From Candidatus Micrarchaeota archaeon (GTDB lineage Archaea > Micrarchaeota > Micrarchaeia > Anstonellales > Bilamarchaeaceae), in NCBI GenBank assembly GCA_043821365.1, contig JBDRCX010000006.1:576001-640000 (forward strand): DNA of 64,000 bases. The letters run 5' to 3'. Numbering within the stretch: the stretch's first letter is position 1; each line of letters opens with the position of its first letter. The position numbers and the translations under genes are program-made. The notes beneath the pieces were generated by a model that saw only the letters and a list, made by a program, of their open reading frames with translations, made no database searches and was not told where the DNA came from. Below, one piece after another: positions 47,938-58,069 of this stretch.

Positions 47938-49011
47938 TTAACCAATTGTAGCGAATATGGATTCAACCACATTCATAACTATCCAATATACTAGGTATGC
48001 CAATCCCAATATAATTGGGAAATATTTCATACCATGGCTCTTTGAGCCTGAACGTATTATACTGATCATAAATGATGAAATCAGTGCAGTTACAAATATT
48101 GTTGGTATGCTGAACCAGAAAAAGTCACCTGAACTTATTATTGGGCCAGCAAACTTCATACTTGAGAATACTGTAAATGCACCTCCTGCTCCAGTTGGTG
48201 CCCCACTTATACTGCTTGCTACTGGAGCTATTTTTTCAAAAACTGCAACTAACTTTGAAGCAACTGCAAATAAGAACGGTGTTCCAACAATTGCTGCAAA
48301 CAAAACAAAGATTTCATAAAGAACAAGAGATGCTGCAATTTCTTTTTTCATTATTAAGGTATTTCTTACATCCTCTGATGTTCTTTCTAGAACTTCATTA
48401 AGAGCACCACCAGTTGCAGTTGCCTGTTTAAGCAATAATATGGTTCTTTTGAATATGCGAGAATCAAATCTGCTACCAAGAACATCAAGAGTATCTTCAA
48501 GAGACTCCCCACTGTATGAACTTTTTACTAATGCTTTTACTTCCACCGAAAGCAAGCCGAATTCTGGTTTGGCAGAATACCACATTGCTTGATCAAGTGT
48601 CATCCCTGCTTTTATGTTTGATGCAACAAGTGTAAGGAAATCAGGAAGAATTGCTTCTAGCTTATTTTTTCTGTCATCTGTTTTCATCAGCAAATAACTT
48701 GAAACAAGTGTCATTGTTGCCAGATACACAACTATAAATGAGGCTATAAGTATCAAAATTGGTATTGCTATCTCAAGTAAAGGTATGTATTCTTTGAAGA
48801 AATTTATTGTCAGTTCATTTATTGGTTGGTATAGTAGCATAATTAAGGTAAGGAATGCTGTTACAATCAAAATATTCAATCCAACATATCCAGCAAAAGA
48901 GTCTGCAGGCATATTAATGCCAGCACTATTTAGTTCCTTTTCCAAGCTTTTAATTCTGTCTCTGCTGAAAAGTACTCTCCCAGCATTTTCAAATACGTTA
49001 TCGCTTGCCAT
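47938..49011 (-). CDS. Type II secretion system F / TadC-like pilus platform protein
   Basis: LPDFLTLVASNIKAGMT, EFGLLSVE, GGALNEVL; ATG after AGGTG (ORF track start 49056). Confidence 0.9.
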   Translation of the reverse strand: MASDNVFENAGRVLFSRDRIKSLEKELNSAGINMPADSFAGYVGLNILIVTAFLTLIMLLYQPINELTINFFKEYIPLLEIAIPILILIASFIVVYLATMTLVSSYLLMKTDDRKNKLEAILPDFLTLVASNIKAGMTLDQAMWYSAKPEFGLLSVEVKALVKSSYSGESLEDTLDVLGSRFDSRIFKRTILLLKQATATGGALNEVLERTSEDVRNTLIMKKEIAASLVLYEIFVLFAAIVGTPFLFAVASKLVAVFEKIAPVASSISGAPTGAGGAFTVFSSMKFAGPIISSGDFFWFSIPTIFVTALISSFMISIIRSGSKSHGMKYFPIILGLAYLVYWIVMNVVESIFATIG

Positions 49012-49021
49012 GTCTATACAC

Positions 49022-49909
49022 CTATATAAGATACTTTGGTCTGGAACTCTCAACAAATCCCAAGAACAGGATTTGTATTACAGTTATTAACAGGAATATC
49101 TCCACAAGTAAAATTGATGAAAGTCCTTTTACCCCACCACTAATTGCTGAGAATACAACAGTTGCAAGAACAACACCAAGTGATGGCACAATAATCCCAA
49201 ATACCATGTAGAACATAACTATTGGAGTTAATTTCTGACTATATTCTTTCAAAGAAATCATCTGTTCTTTTGATATCTGTTCAATTACACTCTCCAATGA
49301 ATCTGAAAGATCAGAACCACTTGAAAGTGAGTTTGTTATCTGCATTAATATCCTAGTGAAATATTTTGACGGATTATACTGGACAATATCTCGTATTGCT
49401 TGTGTTATTGGAGTTCCAAGAACAACCATATCAACTATTTTTGAGAATTCTTTGCTTACTGCACCATACCCACTCGAAGCTCCAACAAAAGTATCAAATA
49501 AAGGCATACCTGATTTTAGTGCTATTACTATATGTCTACCTGCAAACACAATCTCGTAATCCATCTCCCTCTGTCTTCTTACTACTGCTGCATCAGGGTA
49601 TATCATCAAATATAGAAATATTACTGGCGGTGTTATTACTATTGGTGCCAGAATAGTAAGAACTGCGATTACTGGTTTATATCTCAAATTATATGCAATA
49701 CCGTCTCCCAATAGTAAATATGCTAATATGACCAAACCAACTGAGATTAATATTGTTGATTTTATTGTTTTCTCTAAAAATTGAATATTAGTATCTTCGA
49801 TGTCAGCCATTTTCAGTTTTTTCTTTAAGTTTGGGAATGTTGGGGCAAGCATTTCGGCTATTCCAGTTAGTAATCCCTTCTTTTTTTGTTGGATTTTGTG
49901 TTGCTCCAT
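49022..49909 (-). CDS. Type II secretion system F / TadB-like pilus platform protein
   Basis: ALKSGMPL, YGAVSKEF, SSGSDL..SL; ATG after AGGAGG (ORF track start 49954). Confidence 0.88.
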   Translation of the reverse strand: MEQHKIQQKKKGLLTGIAEMLAPTFPNLKKKLKMADIEDTNIQFLEKTIKSTILISVGLVILAYLLLGDGIAYNLRYKPVIAVLTILAPIVITPPVIFLYLMIYPDAAVVRRQREMDYEIVFAGRHIVIALKSGMPLFDTFVGASSGYGAVSKEFSKIVDMVVLGTPITQAIRDIVQYNPSKYFTRILMQITNSLSSGSDLSDSLESVIEQISKEQMISLKEYSQKLTPIVMFYMVFGIIVPSLGVVLATVVFSAISGGVKGLSSILLVEIFLLITVIQILFLGFVESSRPKYLI

Positions 49910-49910
49910 T

Positions 49911-51311
49911 TTAGTCCTCCTTTTGACTGAAATATTTTCTAACAGTATTAGCACTTAATCCTTTCTCCATGGCCATTAACTCCTTAGCTTTGAATATTGC
50001 CTCTGATTTTGATAATTGTTTGTGTTCATATTTTTTATAATATTCAGAATCTCTACCATGTAGATAATATAATAGGGTACCTTCATCTGTTTCATTTATC
50101 TCCTTGATAATCTCGTGTGTTCTAATATCTGCTTCTTTGCGTTTTTCCTCAGGTTTCCTAAACACTTCTGTTCCAGCAGCATCTATCATATTCTCGATTT
50201 CCTTACCTACAATTCCTTTAACTGAGGAGAATTCTTCACCATATTTATCTATGCTCTTTAATCTTTTATCAATATCTGCAAGTATTGTTTTTTCATCTGG
50301 CCCAAGAGATTCTTTAATTTTTTCTAATTCAACAGTATGTTTTTTCATAGTGAAATTCATGTATTTGTCTATAACTTCTGGCAATTGTTCAGCAAGTGAT
50401 GTTACTGAGAACACAAATGACTCCAGTATCTCCTTTCTCTTTGCCTGGTCTCCTGCTCCTTGAAGATCATGGTAGAATTTATTATTAATCTCAGTCATTT
50501 GCTTCTTATATGATTCCATTATACTATCTTTTGTCTGTGCAATTTCTGTTTGATGAGCACTTACCATTGTCTCAAGTAGTTTTGAATAGGTTTCATCTTC
50601 TTTTTTCTTCTTTGCTTTTGCAGCTTTTACCTGTGTTCCTGTAAGCATATTTTTTAAGACAGTTATCTGTAATTTCAGTTCCTCTCTCTTTGTTGTTGTT
50701 TTCTCCTTGAATAACTGTTTTGTGAGGTCAAGCATTTTTTTCTTTAATGTATGTTCATCTGCAGCTTCACCAACCATACTTCTGATCTGGTCTTCCATTT
50801 TTTCATATCTTTCAATAGATGATTTGCTTGGTGATTCCCTCAATGCAGGTGGGACATTCGCAACAATAACCTTTCTTTCTGGTTTTTCTTCTTCCTTATG
50901 TACTTCTTCTACTTTTTGTTCTTCAAATTCTATCTTCTCCTGTTTTGGAGTTTCAACAAGCATTTCAGTGTCTATGATGTCTGGTTCTTTGGCTACTTCT
51001 TCTGCTGTTTGCAATGTTTCTGTTGTCATCTCTCTTAGTTTGTTTTCTACTTCTGTGGTTGGAGGGGCTATTTGTTGAACTTTATCCTCTTCTATTTCTG
51101 TGGTTAATATTCCCATGGCAGCTGTACTGATAATTTTCTTGTTCCTTTCATAGAGATTTACCAGGTCTTGGTATGTGTAGTCTACAAATTCTTCTGGTTC
51201 CAAATCTATTGTGTTTTCTATGTTTGAATCTCCCTTATATGGAGCGTATTCTAGCAGTTTCGATTCAAGCTTTCTTGCTTCGCTTATTCTAGCATCGAAT
51301 TCTTCAGTCAT
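49911..51311 (-). CDS. Hypothetical charged coiled-coil protein within the pilus operon
   Basis: 466-aa E/K-rich ORF tightly coupled between the ATPase and TadB-like genes. Confidence 0.75.
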   Translation of the reverse strand: MTEEFDARISEARKLESKLLEYAPYKGDSNIENTIDLEPEEFVDYTYQDLVNLYERNKKIISTAAMGILTTEIEEDKVQQIAPPTTEVENKLREMTTETLQTAEEVAKEPDIIDTEMLVETPKQEKIEFEEQKVEEVHKEEEKPERKVIVANVPPALRESPSKSSIERYEKMEDQIRSMVGEAADEHTLKKKMLDLTKQLFKEKTTTKREELKLQITVLKNMLTGTQVKAAKAKKKKEDETYSKLLETMVSAHQTEIAQTKDSIMESYKKQMTEINNKFYHDLQGAGDQAKRKEILESFVFSVTSLAEQLPEVIDKYMNFTMKKHTVELEKIKESLGPDEKTILADIDKRLKSIDKYGEEFSSVKGIVGKEIENMIDAAGTEVFRKPEEKRKEADIRTHEIIKEINETDEGTLLYYLHGRDSEYYKKYEHKQLSKSEAIFKAKELMAMEKGLSANTVRKYFSQKED

Positions 51312-51319
51312 TTTTTCCC

Positions 51320-52849
51320 CTATATTTTGAAATCCCAGTCTTTTCCTTTCTTTACTGCGCTGAGTATCTCATCTGTATTAGTATAATAATTGGAAACAAT
51401 GTGGCCAACCTGGTCAACACCATCATAGCCTTTTTTGGTCATCCAATCCAATACTCCCATCTTTTCAGTTATGTCTTCTTCTATTTCTTTTTCTCCCATT
51501 CCAGAATACAACATAAGAGTATCTACCAAACTGCTCATTTTCTGTACTCCCTTTGTCTTATCACTCTTAACATCCCATCTGAACAAAACATTTGTTCCTC
51601 CTTTTTTAGTTACTTCTGCAAATTCCAAAATTCTTCTAATTCCAAATCTTCTGTGTCTAAAGGTAACCACTATTCCAGACAAAGCATCAAGCATTTCATG
51701 AGGTATGTTGATTGGTGGGTTTGTTAATCTTGATATTGTTTGTTCTGCATTATCTGCGTGTAGTGTTGCATAAACACTGTGACCTGTGTGCATAGCTTCA
51801 AACATAACTTCAGCTTCTTCTTGCCTTCTGATTTCCCCGACAAGTATACGATCTGGTCTTTGACGAAGTGCATTGACCATAAGATCAAGCATTTTTACTT
51901 CTCCTTTTCCTTCTGGGTTTGGTTCACGTACAACCATTGGTACCCAATGCAAGAATGATGGTAAAGTTAATTCTCTAGTGTCTTCTATTGTAACAATACG
52001 CTGATTTGCAGGTATAAGACCTGCCATGGCATTTAAGAAAGATGTTTTACCGCTTCCAGTTCCTCCAGTTACAAGTAAAGAAAGTTCATTCTGCATACAA
52101 AGCCAGATAAGTCCAGCCACATCGCTTGTAACTGTTTTTGACTTCAGGAAACTTGTAATTGTCCACGGGTTTCTTGAGAATTTTCTGATTGTTATGGTGT
52201 TTCCAAAAGATGAAATTGGGAATAATGTTGCGTTTACACGGTCACCTGTTGGAAGATGCGCATCAAGCATTGGATTTAGAGTGTTTATCTGTCTTCCTAT
52301 TTTTCTTGCAATCATGGATGCATAATCATAAACCATCTCTTCATTCTTTATTTTGAGATTGGTTTTACACCATCCAAATTTCTTGTGAAAAACCCATACA
52401 GGATCCCTTGAGTTATTGATAACTACTTCTTCAAGTTGTTCATCTGCAAGTAGTGCTTCTATTTCACCAAGTCCAAGTGTTTTTTGAAGCAAATAAACTG
52501 CAAGTATCTCCTTTTTGTCTTCTGGTAATGATGGGAAGTTCCTACTTAGGATTCTTTTTGCAGCATCTAAGAATTTTGCCTTTACTTCATCGAATTTTTT
52601 TGGATCTAGAATTTCACTAATGTCGAGTTTAACTTCAGTTACTAATTCTCCTTTCAGTTTTGTTTCTAGTATTAATTTTGTTCCTTCTGCTATACCAGGA
52701 ATGCTAATTTCATATCTTGGTACATATCCTCCTGTTTTGAATATTTTTACTTCAATTGGTAGTTTTTCACTTGTAAAATTATATGATTCAAGTATTGTAA
52801 CTTTTGATTTACCATCTTCATCAGATTTTTTAGTATCGTCTTTCGGCAT
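51320..52849 (-). CDS. Type IV pilus/secretion ATPase (VirB11/CpaF/ArlI family)
   Basis: Walker A GGTGSGKT, Asp box TIEDTREL, LRQRPDRILVGEIR, HTGH..YATLHA. Confidence 0.95.
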   Translation of the reverse strand: MPKDDTKKSDEDGKSKVTILESYNFTSEKLPIEVKIFKTGGYVPRYEISIPGIAEGTKLILETKLKGELVTEVKLDISEILDPKKFDEVKAKFLDAAKRILSRNFPSLPEDKKEILAVYLLQKTLGLGEIEALLADEQLEEVVINNSRDPVWVFHKKFGWCKTNLKIKNEEMVYDYASMIARKIGRQINTLNPMLDAHLPTGDRVNATLFPISSFGNTITIRKFSRNPWTITSFLKSKTVTSDVAGLIWLCMQNELSLLVTGGTGSGKTSFLNAMAGLIPANQRIVTIEDTRELTLPSFLHWVPMVVREPNPEGKGEVKMLDLMVNALRQRPDRILVGEIRRQEEAEVMFEAMHTGHSVYATLHADNAEQTISRLTNPPINIPHEMLDALSGIVVTFRHRRFGIRRILEFAEVTKKGGTNVLFRWDVKSDKTKGVQKMSSLVDTLMLYSGMGEKEIEEDITEKMGVLDWMTKKGYDGVDQVGHIVSNYYTNTDEILSAVKKGKDWDFKI

Positions 52850-52882
52850 AGCATCACCATATGTATTTATTCTATATCTTTT

Positions 52883-54601
52883 TTATTCCTCCCATAATTT
52901 CTGGATGAGCTTTTTGAGCTCTTCCCTCTTCATTCTGAACTCACGTTCCTCGTCTTCACTGAGTTCTAGCTGTTGTCTTACGCTCTTTTCTTTATCTTCT
53001 TTTGTTTCAGCTCCCTCAACAATTTCAGTTGCAGTTGGTGCTGTTGAATATCTTATCTCAAGTAATTTTGCTTCTTTCGAAAGCAATGTTGCTCTCTTAT
53101 TGAGGTTCTCAGATGTATTTGTAAGGTCATCAAATGTTTTCTTTACATCCTCAAGCATCTTTTTCTTCTGTTTTATGTCCTGGGCAATTTTTACCATATC
53201 GCCCATTTTACTATCCTCGCTGAGTGATGCTTCAAGGTTTTTTGCTTCTGTTTTTATTGATTTGATCTGTTCCCTTGTATCATCCCTTATCTTTACTATC
53301 CTCTGTTCCATTGTATCTAGTTGAGTTTGATACCCTTCAAGTGAAGGTACAATCCTTTCCTTTATCTTCTGGAATGTTAGGTAGGTTCCTTTTTCTTCAT
53401 TTAATGTGGCCTCGAGTCCTTCCATATCCTGCTTTGTCTGTTCTATTTTATCTTCAAGGACTTTCATTAATTCTGAAGCTTGTTTTGCAGTAACTTGTTT
53501 TCCCCCTACAGCTTCCATTATCTTGTTTAATGATTCATTTTTCTCTAATATTGCATTTTCTTCTGTCTTGAGTTTTTCAAGTTCAGTCATAACACTTTCT
53601 TGTGTTGGGAATTTCTTCAGAATATTCTTTGCAACATCTACTGACGTTCCTAATCTTTCCATCAAATTAAGGTTCTGCTTTGCTTCTTTGGATAGCTTAT
53701 TTGTCCTTTCAGTTATCCTATCTGTTTCCTCTGATATTTGCTGTGCTTCTTTTCTTAAAGTCTCTATTCTTTCTTCCTGACCCATAATTGATTCTGCAAC
53801 TGTCTTTAGTATTTCAGAGCTTTCATGTAGGCTCAACATGTCTTCTCTTACTTGCGCATTTTTTGCCCTCAATGAACCAAAGTCTTTTTGTATGGTTTCG
53901 AATTTCTTTTTGATATCCTTGATAGTAGGTAAATTTATCTCATCTGATCCTTGCTGAAGTGCCATCTTTTTGTTAAGCTCTTCAAGTTTTTGTCTGATCT
54001 CATCTATTTCTTTGTTGTTTGTTTGTATTTTCCCAAGCAAATCTTCACTTACTGCGGTTTTTCCTATACCAACACTACTAACTTCTTTTCTAACATCCGT
54101 GAGAGCTAGTTTTGTCTCTGTTAATTTAGCTTCAATTGTTGCCAGTTCACTTGTGTATTTGGATAGTGCCTCGTCAGACAATGCCTTAGCAGCAGGAACG
54201 GGGGAAACTTTCTTCTCTAATTCTTCTACTTTGGCATACATCTTTGCATAGAATTCTGCGAATGATATTTGCAAACTAGTAAGCTCTTTGGCATCTCCGG
54301 CAATCTTTTGTTTGAATTTTTCAACTTGTGTTTCAATGTCTTTTTTTTCTTCGTAAAAAGACTGTTTTTCTGATACTATTTCGTCTTCAGTTGGTTTTAC
54401 CCAAGAAAAATAAACTTTGGTAAGTCGGTATTCAATCTTTAGTATGTTTTCCTCTTCAAGAACACGTGCCCACTCTTCAAGTGTCTCCTGTGGAATATTA
54501 AGAACATTTGATGCATCTTCTAGTTCGATCCTTTGTTTATCCTTTACTAGACGTACAAGTGCATCAACACCTGTAGTTATTAGTAATTCGTCGAACTCCA
54601 T
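52883..54601 (-). CDS. N-terminal winged-helix plus long coiled-coil protein
   Basis: ITTGVDALVRLV...ASNVLNIPQETLEEWARVLEEENILKIEY wHTH-like; about 500 aa of heptad repeats. Confidence 0.75.
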   Translation of the reverse strand: MEFDELLITTGVDALVRLVKDKQRIELEDASNVLNIPQETLEEWARVLEEENILKIEYRLTKVYFSWVKPTEDEIVSEKQSFYEEKKDIETQVEKFKQKIAGDAKELTSLQISFAEFYAKMYAKVEELEKKVSPVPAAKALSDEALSKYTSELATIEAKLTETKLALTDVRKEVSSVGIGKTAVSEDLLGKIQTNNKEIDEIRQKLEELNKKMALQQGSDEINLPTIKDIKKKFETIQKDFGSLRAKNAQVREDMLSLHESSEILKTVAESIMGQEERIETLRKEAQQISEETDRITERTNKLSKEAKQNLNLMERLGTSVDVAKNILKKFPTQESVMTELEKLKTEENAILEKNESLNKIMEAVGGKQVTAKQASELMKVLEDKIEQTKQDMEGLEATLNEEKGTYLTFQKIKERIVPSLEGYQTQLDTMEQRIVKIRDDTREQIKSIKTEAKNLEASLSEDSKMGDMVKIAQDIKQKKKMLEDVKKTFDDLTNTSENLNKRATLLSKEAKLLEIRYSTAPTATEIVEGAETKEDKEKSVRQQLELSEDEEREFRMKREELKKLIQKLWEE

Positions 54602-54658
54602 GTGCTAATATAAATGACCTATGTTAATAAACATTTTGATGATTATTCTAGTGAATAA

Positions 54659-56086
54659 GTGGTTCTAATGCCAGATGGTCCAGATTATAAGATAAAAAAA
54701 CTTGAAAAAGGTCCACTCCAACGTTTCAAAAACCAAAATCTTCTAATAAAAAAATTCGGAGAGGTTGGGCTCCAGGTGTACAAAGCAATAACTGGCAAAA
54801 GAACGTCAAAAGAATTGAAGAAAGATCTTGGTATAGAAGCTGAACTCTTTGATCAAATTATTAGTTTTATGCATGATGCAGGGATGGTTGACCTTGAACC
54901 AATTGCAGGTAAAAAAGAAACTCCTGAAAAACCAAAGGAAATAGAAATAGAAGAACCAGAAGAACCATCCAAACCAGCCCGCAAATTAGAAGACATTCCA
55001 CCAGAAGAAGAAATTGAACTCGAGCCAGACATTCCTCCTCTTGAAGAACAACCAAAACAAACCACAAAGAAAAAGCCAAAGGAAGAAGTTGTTAGTGCTG
55101 TTGATGAAATTCAACCAATAACAATTGATGAATTTGATGAACCAGAACCTGCTAAAAAAGAAGAACCAGAAGAAGAACAAGATGAACAGGAAGAACAACC
55201 ACCGGAAGAGCCAGATGAAGTAGAACAACAAGATATAACTATCACTGCGTTTGAAGATGATACTGAAAAACCATCTTCTGAACCTGAATTAAGTCCAGTT
55301 GAAAAAATAATATCTGATAAATATGGTGATGTTGGGCTTCGTGTTTATGCACTTATAGATGGTCAAAGAACAGCAGAAGAAATTATGCGTGAAACTGGGC
55401 TTACTGAGCCAAAGCTTGTAGAAATTTTAGATTTCATGGATGAACAAGGAATAATAAAATTAGATTATCCAAAAGGTTCATCATCATCTCAGGCGAAATC
55501 TCCTTTTTCCGGCAGCACTTCAACAACCCAAACCAAACAAACACAACCAAAACCAGATTCTAATCAAGGTTTCAAACCAATATTTGATGTTAATCCAGAT
55601 GATGCCCAGTCAATTCCATCTCCAATAGAGATTCCAATGAAAGCACCTTTAGATATAATAAAATCAGTCCAGGCCAAAGCAAAAATTCTTCTAAAATATG
55701 GTGAGTCTGGGACTAAAATTTTAGAAAAACTTGATGGTAAAACAGATATTATTGACATCGCACTTAAGCTTGATATTCCACTTTACGAAGTTTCTGATAT
55801 TCTAAGATTCATGCTTGAGAATGGTATGCTCATAGTAAAACCAGTTTCTCGAGCAGATGTAAGGAAGAAATATGGTGATGATGGTTATTCTGTTTACAAA
55901 GTTTATGGTAAAGAAGGTCTCATGCTATATGAACTCATAGGTAAGGAACTTACAATTAGGCAGATGGCTGAAAAAATAACAAAAGACAAAGCTATGATAA
56001 TTGATATGTTCATCTTTATCCACAAAGTTCTTGGAATTGAACTCCCTATAGATAAAGAAGTTTTAGCAAAACAGCTTGACGTTTAA
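54659..56086 (+). CDS. Protein with four winged-helix-like repeats and an acidic Pro-rich linker
   Basis: Repeats K(F/Y)G(E/D)xG...(D)GxRT..E...L..M...G; divergent from the pilus operon. Confidence 0.75.
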   Translation: MVLMPDGPDYKIKKLEKGPLQRFKNQNLLIKKFGEVGLQVYKAITGKRTSKELKKDLGIEAELFDQIISFMHDAGMVDLEPIAGKKETPEKPKEIEIEEPEEPSKPARKLEDIPPEEEIELEPDIPPLEEQPKQTTKKKPKEEVVSAVDEIQPITIDEFDEPEPAKKEEPEEEQDEQEEQPPEEPDEVEQQDITITAFEDDTEKPSSEPELSPVEKIISDKYGDVGLRVYALIDGQRTAEEIMRETGLTEPKLVEILDFMDEQGIIKLDYPKGSSSSQAKSPFSGSTSTTQTKQTQPKPDSNQGFKPIFDVNPDDAQSIPSPIEIPMKAPLDIIKSVQAKAKILLKYGESGTKILEKLDGKTDIIDIALKLDIPLYEVSDILRFMLENGMLIVKPVSRADVRKKYGDDGYSVYKVYGKEGLMLYELIGKELTIRQMAEKITKDKAMIIDMFIFIHKVLGIELPIDKEVLAKQLDV

Positions 56087-56094
56087 TTTTATAA

Positions 56095-56487
56095 CTACTT
56101 AAGTCTTGAAAGTGATATTCTTTCCAATTGTAATGGCTCAGCTTTTTTGCTCAATCCAAGTTCAAGTTTCTTTACATTTAATTCTTTTAGTAATTCACTT
56201 CCATTCCCTGAAAAAATAATAATATAAAATTCGTTTCCATCTGATTTTGTTTCTTCAACTGCGCTTTTTATGTCTCGTTTTCCAGTTAGCCATAGCAAAA
56301 ATTCATATTTGAACTTGTTTGCAATATTTGTTTTATTCTTGAAAGCTTTTTTTGCCAGATATTCAGCAAGTTCAACTTCTTCTAAAGCATGAATTGCATC
56401 TAGTTTAATTGCAATTGCTTCGCTGTGTTCCAGTAATTTTGGTATTTCGGCAGCACCATAGCCACTACAAACCCTTAAAATGAGCAT
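56095..56487 (-). CDS. cgi121: KEOPS subunit Cgi121
   Basis: AEYLAKKAF..KTNIA...EFLLWLTGKRDIKSAV; ends LERISLSRL. Confidence 0.75.
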   Translation of the reverse strand: MLILRVCSGYGAAEIPKLLEHSEAIAIKLDAIHALEEVELAEYLAKKAFKNKTNIANKFKYEFLLWLTGKRDIKSAVEETKSDGNEFYIIIFSGNGSELLKELNVKKLELGLSKKAEPLQLERISLSRLK

Positions 56488-56581
56488 AAACTGTCATTAT
56501 CACAATGTTTTAAAATCCGTATCGTCTTAATAATTCCTGCTCATATTCTCAATTTTCTATTGAATAGAGTGAGGTAGTATA

Positions 56582-56962
56582 ATGGAACAATATCACAAAC
56601 CACATAATAAAAAAGTAGGAAGCGGCACAGGTGGTCGCAGACGTAAATATAAGGATAAGAAACTTTCCCACGGCGGTGGTGTTTTTTCAGCTACAAAAGT
56701 AGCAGACAAGGAACTGAAAAAACCATCAAGAGGCCGAGGTGGAACATACAGAACTAAATTGAAAAAAGCAGTTTTCATCAATGTTGTTAGTAAAGACAAA
56801 ATGAAAAAAGTCAAGATTTTGAAAGTTCTTTCAAGTCACAATCCCGAATTTGTTCGTATGAACATCATGACTAGGGGCGCAGTGGTTGAAACAGAACTTG
56901 GTAAAGTAAAAATAACAAATCGCATTGGTCAGGACGGCGTAATTAACGGCGTTTTAGTTTGA
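56582..56962 (+). CDS. rps8e: 30S ribosomal protein S8e
   Basis: GTGGRR, RGRGG, FVRMNIMTRGAVVETELG..KITNRIGQDGVINGVL. Confidence 0.95.
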   Translation: MEQYHKPHNKKVGSGTGGRRRKYKDKKLSHGGGVFSATKVADKELKKPSRGRGGTYRTKLKKAVFINVVSKDKMKKVKILKVLSSHNPEFVRMNIMTRGAVVETELGKVKITNRIGQDGVINGVLV

Positions 56963-57000
56963 TTCAAAGAACCTACGGTTCTTTGTAATCTCCCTTTTTT
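56961..57000 (+). terminator. Hairpin plus T-tract after rps8e
   Basis: GATT-CAAAGAACC-TAC-GGTTCTTTG-T-AATC followed by TCCC and a T-run. Confidence 0.55.
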
Positions 57001-58028
57001 TGGGTGTAATCATCAAAAAATATGATGTTGTAATAGTAGGCGGAGGCCCTGGAGGTCTTTCCTGCGCCCGTCATCTTTCTAATTCTGGTTTAAAAGTATT
57101 AGTTTTAGAGAAAAATAACATTCTTGGGAAGAAAATCTGTTCTGGCGAGGTTTCCTCAAAAACTTTTCCTGGAGTTACTTTCAAAAACGAACAAACATGG
57201 AAGACTGTAGTTGTTGGAACTCATAAAGGCACCGTACCAGTTAGTTATGATCGTCCATTTCTATGGACAGTTGGAAGATTTGAACTTGAAACTTTTTTGA
57301 AAAATAATTCTGATGGGGTTGTTCATTTTTCTGAACCAGTTGTTGAAATAACTAAAGACTATGTTGTTACTTCTAAAGCAAAATATAAGTACAAATATTT
57401 GGTTGGCGCAGACGGTTCATTTTCCAAAGTCCGCGAGTTTCTGAAACTTCCAATGAAGCATGTTGTTGGTTGGGCATTTCATTTTTTAATCAATAAACCA
57501 TCAGATCGCTTTGCAGTTTATTGGCTTCCTAAAATCTTTCCAAGAGGCTACGGCTATGTTATGTCGAAGAATCTGAACCAAACCATGATTGGCGGCGCAA
57601 TTGGAGAACCAGATTCAATGCAAAAACTTGCTCCAAGAGTTAAAGAGTGGGTTGTGAAAGAATTCAATCTTGATATTACTAAATTAAAATCAGAAGGTAT
57701 GTGTGGAAATGCTGATTTCAGAGGATGGAAATTTGGTAATATATTTTTAGTTGGGGATGCTGCGGGTCTTTTGAATCCAGTAACTACTGAAGGGATATAC
57801 TATGCAGTAAAAAGTGGTGAGGGCGTTGCCAAATTTATTCTTGAAAATCCTGAAGGAAAGAAAATAATGGAAAAAATGACAAACACCCACAAAGCTCAAG
57901 TGCTTCTTTTTGATATTGCAAACATTTGGCCAATTTGCTGGATTGTTCACTGGATATTAGAAAATCCAAAAGGTTTTCTCAGAAGTAAAATCTTCAATTA
58001 TGTATTTTGGAAATTCATGGACCACTAG
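57000..58028 (+). CDS. Geranylgeranyl reductase-family FAD-dependent oxidoreductase
   Basis: DVVIVGGGPGG, GKKICSG, GADGSFS, GYGYV, VGDAAGLLNPVTTEGIYYA; start codon uncertain. Confidence 0.85.
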   Translation: MGVIIKKYDVVIVGGGPGGLSCARHLSNSGLKVLVLEKNNILGKKICSGEVSSKTFPGVTFKNEQTWKTVVVGTHKGTVPVSYDRPFLWTVGRFELETFLKNNSDGVVHFSEPVVEITKDYVVTSKAKYKYKYLVGADGSFSKVREFLKLPMKHVVGWAFHFLINKPSDRFAVYWLPKIFPRGYGYVMSKNLNQTMIGGAIGEPDSMQKLAPRVKEWVVKEFNLDITKLKSEGMCGNADFRGWKFGNIFLVGDAAGLLNPVTTEGIYYAVKSGEGVAKFILENPEGKKIMEKMTNTHKAQVLLFDIANIWPICWIVHWILENPKGFLRSKIFNYVFWKFMDH

Positions 58029-58069
58029 TTAAACTAATGGACTGCATTGATTCCAGTTCAAGAAATACA

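Noticed and set aside
52515-53324. 269-aa plus-strand ORF and many other 60-130 aa antisense or alternative-frame ORFs
   Set aside because: They overlap well-supported genes; the S/F/L-rich composition is the antisense shadow of E/K-rich coding sequence.
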